DNA of 49,783 nt, taken from Candidatus Pacearchaeota archaeon CG06_land_8_20_14_3_00_35_12 (GTDB taxonomy: Archaea; Nanobdellota; Nanobdellia; Pacearchaeales; PEVX01). A program made the position numbers and the translations under genes. Shown in pieces: positions 43,008 through 49,783 of this stretch. Under the pieces are notes generated by a model. The model ran no database searches and had not been told where the DNA came from. It worked only from the letters and a program-made list of their open reading frames with translations. The first letter of the stretch is position 1. Every line of letters begins with the position of its first letter. The stretch spans positions 1 to 49,783 of the forward strand of contig PEVX01000019.1 in NCBI GenBank assembly GCA_002780285.1, given 5' to 3'.

Positions 43008-43183
43008 TTACCAACCGCCTTCTTTACCCATTTTTTAATTAAAGTCCTCCTCGTCCGCCATTCATTTTAATGTGTATCCATTTTATTTATCCGCCACCTT
43101 TCATTTTAATTAAAGTTTTCCTCCGCCTTTCATTTTATGCCTTTTGCCCTCCTTTCATTTTATGCCTTTTGCCCTCCTTTCAT
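43008..43183 (-). repeat. Degenerate tandem-repeat array forming a ladder of seven 4-8 codon mini-ORFs
   Basis: Two perfect 25-nt units (cctttcattttatgccttttgccct at 43126-43150 and 43151-43175), plus degenerate copies down to about 43010. The minus strand reads TAA-A-ATG AAA GGA GGG CAA AAG GCA TAA-A-ATG ... The peptides are MKGGQKA (x2), MKGGGKL, MKGGG, MDTH, MNGGRGGL, MGKEGGW. Confidence 0.85.
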
Positions 43184-43184
43184 T

Positions 43185-43712
43185 TTAATCAGCGCCCCCA
43201 GTTGAGGGTTTTTTCTCTCCGCCACTTGTAACTGCAATTGAAATTGCAGTTACGATTATTCCAAACATAATTACAGATTGCCAAAAATCACTTGCTCCAG
43301 GAGTTCCTAGATTTGTTGCAAACCATTCGAATCCTCCAACAGCCCATATTACAGAAACAATCAAAGTTATGCCTAATAATATTCCAAAGGCGATCCTCAT
43401 TCCAGGGCCAAGTCCACCCTTCTCTCCTCCGCCAATAAATCCAAACATCAGCATAAAAAGCAATAAAATTACAACAACTACAGAGATTACTGGAATTAAT
43501 CTTGTTATAACCCCAACAGCATATGGAACTCCAACTACAATCAGCCCAATAACCAAAGAAACAATAGCATTAATCTGCCTCTTGCCTTTTCCGAGGATTT
43601 CTGATTTTTCAAGAATAGCATAAACAACGGTAAATATCAGCAAAAATGGGAGAATTACTTGTGAGAAGAAAGGATGTGCGAATATTCCAAGCTGTGCTTG
43701 TTCACCTGCCAT
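43185..43712 (-). CDS. Membrane protein, paralog 1 of a tandem family (Gly-rich loop and tail)
   Basis: MAGEQAQLGIFAHPFFSQVILPFLLIFTVVYAILEKSEILGKGKRQINAIVSLVIGLIVVG... About 5 TM. C-terminus ...SGGEKKPSTGGAD. Confidence 0.55.
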   Translation of the reverse strand: MAGEQAQLGIFAHPFFSQVILPFLLIFTVVYAILEKSEILGKGKRQINAIVSLVIGLIVVGVPYAVGVITRLIPVISVVVVILLLFMLMFGFIGGGEKGGLGPGMRIAFGILLGITLIVSVIWAVGGFEWFATNLGTPGASDFWQSVIMFGIIVTAISIAVTSGGEKKPSTGGAD

Positions 43713-43728
43713 TTTTAAAGTAAAAGAT

Positions 43729-44007
43729 TTAGATTATCTCGTCTGATTCTTCTGAAGATGCTGATGGAATTGCGGCCTTGCTTATAATTACAACATCACC
43801 AACAGATTTTACAAATTGGTGCGGCACAATAATTCCTCTTGCCCCTCCAAGAAATGAAGAAACATTGCTTTCTCTTGCAACTCTCATTCTCCAACTTTCG
43901 ATTTTGTTGTCGAGAAGATTAGCCTCTTCAATCTCTCCGAAAAATTCACCTGAGTCTGTAAACACCTTCATACCAATCATTTCACTTATTTTTTTTATTT
44001 TTAACAT
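43729..44007 (-). CDS. PRC-barrel domain protein
   Basis: GMKVFTDSGEFFGEIEEANLLDNKIESWRMRV...GGARGIIVPHQFVKSVGDVVIIS fits the PRC-barrel pattern at about 90 aa. Confidence 0.6.
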   Translation of the reverse strand: MLKIKKISEMIGMKVFTDSGEFFGEIEEANLLDNKIESWRMRVARESNVSSFLGGARGIIVPHQFVKSVGDVVIISKAAIPSASSEESDEII

Positions 44008-44143
44008 TTTTCAAAAAACAAAGTTGTTTAAATTAATATTTTCGAAGGAGAGGTCATTTATATATTTTTTCATTGACTTTAGAGTATGTTCAATAAAGAA
44101 AGATTTATAAAAAAAGGGGATTGTTTAAATGAATAATTAAAAA

Positions 44144-44866
44144 ATGAAGATAAATAAGCAAGAAATAATCTACCTGATTGCTTCTGCCATTTTGATAGGC
44201 TACATTGTTTCATTTAATGAACTTCTAACACAGGCTGTTCAGTCCTGGATTATCTGGTTAAATCTCACTATTGCGGCTTTTGTGATTGTTGCAGTCAATG
44301 TTTTTGCGAAAAAGCTTGCTGCCTGGAAAAAGGGGTGCGAATTAGAAATGAAATTATGGACATTCAGGAGATTTTGGTTTCCAGAAAGAATGAAATTTCC
44401 ATTTCTTTTTCCAATATGGTTTGTTCTGCCTTTAATCATAACCTGGCTAAGTACGGGAAGATTATGGTGGCTTGCGATTCTTGTATTTGAAGCAGAGCCA
44501 ACATTTTCTAGAGTAAGAGAAAGATGGACAGAACTTACAGAGTGGGATCTTGCTCTTTTTGCTGCTGCGGGAGTTTATGCAAATATTGTCCTTGCAGTCA
44601 TATTCAAGGCTTTTGGAGCTCAGCAGTTTGCAATGCTTAGTGCGTGGTTTGCTTTTTTCTGTCTGATTCCAATAGGAAATTTGGATGGGGCAAAAATTTT
44701 CTTTGGGGGAGATAATGGCAGATTATTTTGGATTTTCAGCATCGCCCTGACAGCAATTGCATTGATTTTGCTCAGTGTTGCAAGCATAATCTCAACAATT
44801 CTTGCGGCAATAGTTGGCGCTTTCGTTGTTATGCTTCTTTATTATTTGTTTGTAGAAAGAAAATAA
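44144..44866 (+). CDS. M50 (site-2 protease)-like membrane protein lacking the HExxH motif; probable pseudoprotease
   Basis: The M50-like C-terminal motif FCLIPIGNLDGAKIFFG is present. The position expected for HExxH reads FAKKLAAWKKG. I see no histidine anywhere in the 240-aa translation. Confidence 0.4.
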   Translation: MKINKQEIIYLIASAILIGYIVSFNELLTQAVQSWIIWLNLTIAAFVIVAVNVFAKKLAAWKKGCELEMKLWTFRRFWFPERMKFPFLFPIWFVLPLIITWLSTGRLWWLAILVFEAEPTFSRVRERWTELTEWDLALFAAAGVYANIVLAVIFKAFGAQQFAMLSAWFAFFCLIPIGNLDGAKIFFGGDNGRLFWIFSIALTAIALILLSVASIISTILAAIVGAFVVMLLYYLFVERK

Positions 44867-44876
44867 TTTAAAATTT

Positions 44877-45659
44877 TTATTTTTGCGCTTTAATTTCAAA
44901 TTGTTTATCATATATTTCTATATCTGCCATAGGCAGTTTTGCTGTTGCACTAGTAGGAAAATTATTCTCATCAAGATAAACATAGCCCAAGATAGACTTT
45001 TCAGAAGAAACTGTAAGTTTCCATTCTCCACCATATTTTTCTGCACGGATGTAATATGGAGAAATATTGCCGTGAAATAAAACATCTATTTTTTTAACGC
45101 CTTCTTCAATATTCTCTGAAAGATAAGAAGTTATTGCTGTTGGAAAATCATAGACTATTTGATTATCACTTAATTTAAATGATTTTTTAAATGGTTTGAT
45201 AAAAATAGATAATGGAAAAGGCAAAACTGCTGTTTCTTCATAATATATGTTCTTAATAGGAAAAGAAAAAAGGGCTCTGCCATTTCCCAAAACAGTGTTC
45301 CATTCACTCCATACGGGTTTTCCAGAGTTTGCAGCAAATTCTGTTTTGATATATTTGTTTTGCTCTTTTTGCTTGGAGTTCTTGTTTTCTGACAAGAATT
45401 TAAATTCAATTCTAGCATTTCCATTGCCAGGATAAGAAGTCAATGATTCAACACAATTAGAATTTTGGAAAAAACTAAGAAATTTATAATTAACTGTCCA
45501 TTTGCGATTATTAAACTGGCTTAAAACCCGCTCTATTTTTTTAGTTTTTACTGTTTCAGAATTAGAAATCGTCTGTTCGAGCCCGCTTGTTTTCGCCGGA
45601 AGAAGCAAGAGAGAGGACAATATTCCCCCATATAGCAGGCTCTTAAAAATCTTTTTCAT
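44877..45659 (-). CDS. Secreted hypothetical protein
   Basis: The ATG at 45659 gives MKKIFKSLLYGGILSSLLLLPAKTSG|LEQ (Sec-type signal). The track extension upstream is hydrophobic and Cys-rich, and unlikely to be real. Confidence 0.5.
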   Translation of the reverse strand: MKKIFKSLLYGGILSSLLLLPAKTSGLEQTISNSETVKTKKIERVLSQFNNRKWTVNYKFLSFFQNSNCVESLTSYPGNGNARIEFKFLSENKNSKQKEQNKYIKTEFAANSGKPVWSEWNTVLGNGRALFSFPIKNIYYEETAVLPFPLSIFIKPFKKSFKLSDNQIVYDFPTAITSYLSENIEEGVKKIDVLFHGNISPYYIRAEKYGGEWKLTVSSEKSILGYVYLDENNFPTSATAKLPMADIEIYDKQFEIKAQK

Positions 45660-45720
45660 TTTTCTTTCACAACAATAATGTATAAAAAGATTATTGCAGA
45701 CAAATAAAATTGTTAAAATG

Positions 45721-47274
45721 CTACAGAATATCACTCCGAGGGAATATCAAAAGAAAATTCTTGAAACTGCCGAAAAGAAAAATACTCTTGTAATACTTCC
45801 AACAGGTATTGGCAAAACATTGATTGCATTGATGCTTGCAATAAAAAGAATAGAGCTTTTTCCAAGAGAAAAGATTCTCTTTCTGGCCCCAACAAGGCCT
45901 CTTGCACAACAGCACTTAAAATCGTTTGAAAAGCATTTGCCTGAGATTTATGCTGATATGCAGCTATTTACAGGAAAAGTTAGTCCAGAAAAAAGAAAAG
46001 AAATATGGCAAAAAGCAGATATTATCTTTAGCACACCACAAACTATCGCAAATGATTTGAAAAATGGCTCTTACTCGCTTGAAAATGCATCTTTATTGAT
46101 AGAAGATGAAGCCCATAGATGTCTAAAAAATTATGATTATGTTTTTGTTGCTCAAGAATTCAAAAAACAGGCCAAGCATGCCAGAATTTTAGGGTTGACT
46201 GCAAGTCCTGGCTCTGAGCATTCAAAGATAAAGGAAATTTGTAATAATTTGGGAATAGAAGCGATTGAAATAAGAACTCGAGAGAGCAAAGATGTAGAGC
46301 AATATGTTCAAAAGCTTCAAACTGAGATTGTAAAGGTGGAATTTCCACAAGAGTTCGAAAAAATTAGAAAGCCCTTACAGGAAATTGTAAGAAGAAAAAT
46401 TGAAGAATTAAAAAATAGGAAACTTTTATTCCAGCCTCCGACAAAAAAGAATCTGATTGAGCTTCAGGGGAGAATAATAAGACAAATCACTGCTGGAAAC
46501 AAAAACTTTAATATTTTGGCAGGTGCTTCTGCCTGCGCGCAGGCAATAAAACTATATTATGCTCTTGAATTGCTTGAAACTCAAACCCTTGAATCATTCA
46601 GAAGATATCTTCGGGATATTTTTGAACAGGCAACAAAGGGGAAGAGCAGAGCAGTAAAACAATTAGTAAAACAAAGAGAATTTAATTCTGCATACATTTC
46701 TACAAACGAATTTCTTGCAAAAAACATTGAGCATCCAAAACTAAAAAAAACAGTGGAACTGATTTCAGATGAAAAAATAAAATTTGACAAATTTAGAGCG
46801 ATTGTTTTTTCACAATATAGAGAAACTGTAATCAATATTTGCAGAGAATTAAACAAAATTTCTGATATTAAGGCCAGAGTATTTGTAGGGCAGGCCAATA
46901 AGGATAAAGGGGGATTAACGCAAGACGAGCAACAGCAAATAATTCATGAGTTTTCAAATGGAGACATAAATATTCTTTGCGCTACAAGCATTGGTGAAGA
47001 AGGTTTGGACTTGCCTGAAGTGAATCTTGTTCTTTTTTATGAACCTGTCCCTTCTGAGATAAGAAAAATCCAGAGAGCAGGAAGAACCGCCCGTTTAATG
47101 CCTGGCAAAATCATCATTTTAATAACAAAAAACACAAGAGATGAAGGAAATTACTGGGCTGCGTTTCATAAAGAAAAAAGAATGCATCGAGCAATATCTG
47201 AGTTGAATAAAAGCTTTGAAAAAAATCTGGAAAAGGAGCAAAAGCAATTGGATTTCTTTAAAAATAATCAATGA
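45721..47274 (+). CDS. Hef/FANCM/Mph1-type SF2 helicase (helicase half of Hef; no nuclease domain)
   Basis: REYQKKILE...LVILPTGIGKTLIA (motif I), IEDEAHRC (DEAH), SIGEEGLDLPEVNLVLFYEP, QRAGRTAR (motif VI). The start is either 45694 or 45721. Confidence 0.75.
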   Translation, partial: LQNITPREYQKKILETAEKKNTLVILPTGIGKTLIALMLAIKRIELFPREKILFLAPTRPLAQQHLKSFEKHLPEIYADMQLFTGKVSPEKRKEIWQKADIIFSTPQTIANDLKNGSYSLENASLLIEDEAHRCLKNYDYVFVAQEFKKQAKHARILGLTASPGSEHSKIKEICNNLGIEAIEIRTRESKDVEQYVQKLQTEIVKVEFPQEFEKIRKPLQEIVRRKIEELKNRKLLFQPPTKKNLIELQGRIIRQITAGNKNFNILAGASACAQAIKLYYALELLETQTLESFRRYLRDIFEQATKGKSRAVKQLVKQREFNSAYISTNEFLAKNIEHPKLKKTVELISDEKIKFDKFRAIVFSQYRETVINICRELNKISDIKARVFVGQANKDKGGLTQDEQQQIIHEFSNGDINILCATSIGEEGLDLPEVNLVLFYEPVPSEIRKIQRAGRTARLMPGKIIILITKNTRDEGNYWAAFHKEKRMHRAISELNKSFEKNLEKEQKQLDFFKNNQ

Positions 47275-47316
47275 AGCATAACAATCCTTAAATCCTAATA
47301 AGTCTGCTAAATCAAG

Positions 47317-47895
47317 ATGGTTAGAACAAGGCCTACATGGAATGAACAATTTCTGGAAATTGCATATGTTGTTGCGAAAAGGGCAACTTGTTTAAGACGG
47401 GGATTTGGAGCGGTTATTGTCAATCCAAAAACTCATCAAATAATTAGCACAGGATACTGTGGAAATGCATCAGGAATAAAAGATTGCATAGATTTAGGAA
47501 AATGCTACAGAGACATGATTGGAGCGCCTTCTGGAGTTCTATATGATTTGTGTAATAGCATTCATGCAGAAGAAAATGCAATAATGCAGGCAGGAAAAGA
47601 AAGATGCTTGGGAAATGTGATTTATGTTACTGGAATTGATTTTACAGAAGAAAATAATCTTTTTTATGGAAAACCTTGCTATAAGTGCGAATCAAAAATA
47701 ATAACTGCCGGATTAGAAGAGATAATTTTCTTCAATAAAAATTGTAAAAAGATAAAAGATATCAAGGAAGAGAATATTATGAAATTAAAAGTTGCTGACG
47801 TTATTATTGGAAGGAAAAACAATCCTTTTGAAAATCAAGAAAAGCAGGTAACAATACTTAAGGAAAAAGGACTTCAATTTAAAGAATCACAATAA
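47317..47895 (+). CDS. dCMP deaminase (ComEB-type cytidine/deoxycytidylate deaminase)
   Basis: WNEQFLEIAYVVAKRATC, zinc motifs HAEENA and PCYKC. Confidence 0.8.
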   Translation: MVRTRPTWNEQFLEIAYVVAKRATCLRRGFGAVIVNPKTHQIISTGYCGNASGIKDCIDLGKCYRDMIGAPSGVLYDLCNSIHAEENAIMQAGKERCLGNVIYVTGIDFTEENNLFYGKPCYKCESKIITAGLEEIIFFNKNCKKIKDIKEENIMKLKVADVIIGRKNNPFENQEKQVTILKEKGLQFKESQ

Positions 47896-47929
47896 AAAGC
47901 CTTATTAATTCGCTTTGAATTTCTATCTT

Positions 47930-48562
47930 ATGAAAATTTTAGTTGATTCTAGGGAAAAGAACAGTCTTGTTCTCGCAGAACTCTCAGAACTTGGAGCAGA
48001 AACAGAAATAAAACAATTAGTGGTTGCTGACTACATTATCGGAGAGATTGCAATCGAAAGAAAAGCGATATCAGATTTTATTTCTTCAATGATTAACAAA
48101 AGATTAGTAAGACAGCTTGAAGAAATGAAACAGTTCAAAAAATCCATTCTAATAATTGAAGGCTATGACAACAAGAATATTTACAGCACAGGTGTTCATG
48201 AAAATGCCATCCGTGGAATGATTCTCGCTATCTTGCTTGATTTTGAAACTCCAATAATTTTCACAAAAAATGAGGAAGATACTGCAAAATATCTGACAGT
48301 GCTGGCAAAAAGGCTTGAAAGAGGACCAAAAGAGATAAGCCTAAGAGCAAAAAAAAGAATTTTCAGCGCAAAAGAACAGCAACAAATAATTCTAGAGGGC
48401 TTTCCAGGGATAGGGCCTTCTCTTGCAAAAGCAATGCTTAAAAAATTTGGCTCGATACAAAAAATAATTAATGCGAGCTTAGAAGAACTTAAGGAAATTA
48501 AAAAACTCGATGAGAAAAAAGCCAAAATAATCAAAGAATTGATTGAAAGGAGATATTATTGA
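47930..48562 (+). CDS. ERCC4/XPF-type nuclease with C-terminal (HhH)2 (nuclease half of Hef)
   Basis: ILVDSREK...VADYIIGEIAIERKAISDFISS (the GDY/ERK ERCC4 motif, as ADY here), and C-terminal GFPGIGPSLAKAMLKKFGSIQKIINASLEELKEI. The ATG at 47930 is preferred over the TTG at 47915. Confidence 0.75.
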   Translation: MKILVDSREKNSLVLAELSELGAETEIKQLVVADYIIGEIAIERKAISDFISSMINKRLVRQLEEMKQFKKSILIIEGYDNKNIYSTGVHENAIRGMILAILLDFETPIIFTKNEEDTAKYLTVLAKRLERGPKEISLRAKKRIFSAKEQQQIILEGFPGIGPSLAKAMLKKFGSIQKIINASLEELKEIKKLDEKKAKIIKELIERRYY

Positions 48563-49092
48563 TCTAAATTTAAATCTTCATAAACAGGGCCGTTTGGAGT
48601 GAGTGTGGATTTCTTTAATTTTATTTCATCAACAACAAATTGGATAGATTTTAGGGGAATCTTCTTGATTTGCTCAACAAAAAATTTCTTATCTTTTACA
48701 AATTTAACTCTTGCCAGGGTGACGTGGCTTTCAAATCGCTCATTTTTATTTATTCCAATCTTCTTAAGTTCAGAATCGAGAGTATTGTGAATTTCTTTAA
48801 ACTTGTCAGAGGGCTCTAAAGAAACCCAAACAACACGAATGAAATTTTCGTCTGGAAAAAAACCGACATTGCTGATATGCGCTTCAAATTTTTGAAATTT
48901 TATTTTTTCAATAGCTTCTTTTACCTTGAAAAGTTCATTCTCTGAAATTTCTCCTAGAAAACGCAAAGTTAAATGTAAAATGTCAGGATTAACTAAAAGA
49001 AGCTTACAGTTTTCTTTAGGCAATTTTTCTTGAACTTGTTTAAGCTCTTTTTTAACTTCATTTGGCAAATCAATTGCAATAAAGCTGCGCAT
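48556..49092 (-). CDS. thpR: RNA 2',3'-cyclic phosphodiesterase (ThpR/LigT 2H family)
   Basis: MRSFIAIDLP..., with two HxTx motifs (LHLTLRFLG and SHVTLARV). Confidence 0.8.
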   Translation of the reverse strand: MRSFIAIDLPNEVKKELKQVQEKLPKENCKLLLVNPDILHLTLRFLGEISENELFKVKEAIEKIKFQKFEAHISNVGFFPDENFIRVVWVSLEPSDKFKEIHNTLDSELKKIGINKNERFESHVTLARVKFVKDKKFFVEQIKKIPLKSIQFVVDEIKLKKSTLTPNGPVYEDLNLDQ

Positions 49093-49093
49093 T

Positions 49094-49699
49094 TTAATGA
49101 TGAATTAATTTATTTTTTGCAGTTATTATTTTTATTTTATCTTTTTCTGCTTCTTTCTTTGTCAATCCTAAAAGAATAAAGCATCCAATCAAAGCTAAAA
49201 TTCCAACTGCAATAAAAACGGGTGGAAATCCAAACTTAAAGGCTAAAATAGAGCCAAAAAAAGCTGCGGCTGCTGTTCCTAATCCAACAGAGCTGCTATA
49301 GATTGACCATTCCCAACCTCTTTGTTTCTTACTAAGATTTGCTGCAAACAATGAAAACCATGCAGGATTTGCAAGTCCTGAACCAATGCCAGCTAACAAT
49401 GATGCAAAATAAATATAATTAACATTTGTTGCAAAAAAATAAATAAATGGAACAACAGATATAAAAAAAGTTCCGCAAATTGCCATGGCATAACTGTGTT
49501 TTGGCTGGGCATAATATGCAAAAAAAAGCTGGAGGATGCATCTTACAAGCAGGGTTATTGTTGTTGCAATTCCAACTGCAGCAATACTCCCGCCGACAAG
49601 ATTGTCTTTGATAAAAATTGCCATTATTGGTGCAATCAAACCAAAACCTGTCAAAACAAAAATATCTGAGAAAATTAGCAATTTGAGTATTCTGTTCAT
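49094..49699 (-). CDS. Six-TM MFS-like membrane protein (half-size)
   Basis: 201 aa, six hydrophobic helices, MFS-like loop LSKKQRGWEWSIYSS. There is no second six-helix half in the ORF. Confidence 0.4.
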   Translation of the reverse strand: MNRILKLLIFSDIFVLTGFGLIAPIMAIFIKDNLVGGSIAAVGIATTITLLVRCILQLFFAYYAQPKHSYAMAICGTFFISVVPFIYFFATNVNYIYFASLLAGIGSGLANPAWFSLFAANLSKKQRGWEWSIYSSSVGLGTAAAAFFGSILAFKFGFPPVFIAVGILALIGCFILLGLTKKEAEKDKIKIITAKNKLIHH

Positions 49700-49783
49700 T
49701 TTTCCTCTTCTTTTGAAAATTCTTCTATTATTTTAATGCCTGTTTTAATTGTTATATTGTTTATATCCTTTAAAGGATTTATC

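Noticed and set aside
43126-43175. 25-nt perfect tandem repeat considered as a possible CRISPR or mini-array
   Set aside because: The units are directly adjacent with no spacers. There are only two perfect copies, no cas genes are in the window, and the unit has no palindromic core. It is treated instead as the mini-ORF ladder.

Overview
AT-rich, tightly packed archaeal chromosome segment. The archaeal assignment rests on markers read directly from the translations: ribosomal proteins S3Ae, L44e, S27e and S15/S13e, aIF2-alpha, aEF-1beta, RadA, RPA, Bud32, GINS, Hef, an EndoQ-like protein, archaeal-type phosphoglycerate mutase, and an intron-containing tRNA. A small-genome or DPANN-like origin is inference only. 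I found no rRNA, CRISPR array, transposase or integrase. Three clusters of secreted or pilin-like proteins sit among the housekeeping genes. Twelve proteins share an N-terminal N-K-[KR]-[GA] class III (prepilin-type) signal followed by a hydrophobic helix. An A24 prepilin peptidase lies at 23654-24535. The main result is one minus-strand operon (about 33285-40643): FlaI/PilB-type ATPase, FlaJ/TadC/PilC-type platform protein, small pilins, and two peptidoglycan hydrolases. One hydrolase is an M23 endopeptidase. The other is a GH73/FlgJ-type glucosaminidase fused to a bacterial-style pilin N-terminus (KRG|FALLEF). Archaea lack murein, so this looks like a pilus-coupled apparatus for attacking or attaching to bacterial cell walls. 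Other points worth a second look: a ladder of seven 4-8 codon mini-ORFs chained by TAA-A-ATG junctions between two paralogous membrane-protein genes (43008-43183); a 24-nt exact duplication of the tRNA-Thr 3' end exactly 100 nt away; a Hef repair protein split into helicase and nuclease genes by a dCMP deaminase gene; a HIT protein and an M50-like protein that have both lost catalytic residues; and several ORFs below the 60-aa track cutoff, including a 54-aa pilin. All family assignments come from motif recognition by eye and need HMM or structure confirmation.
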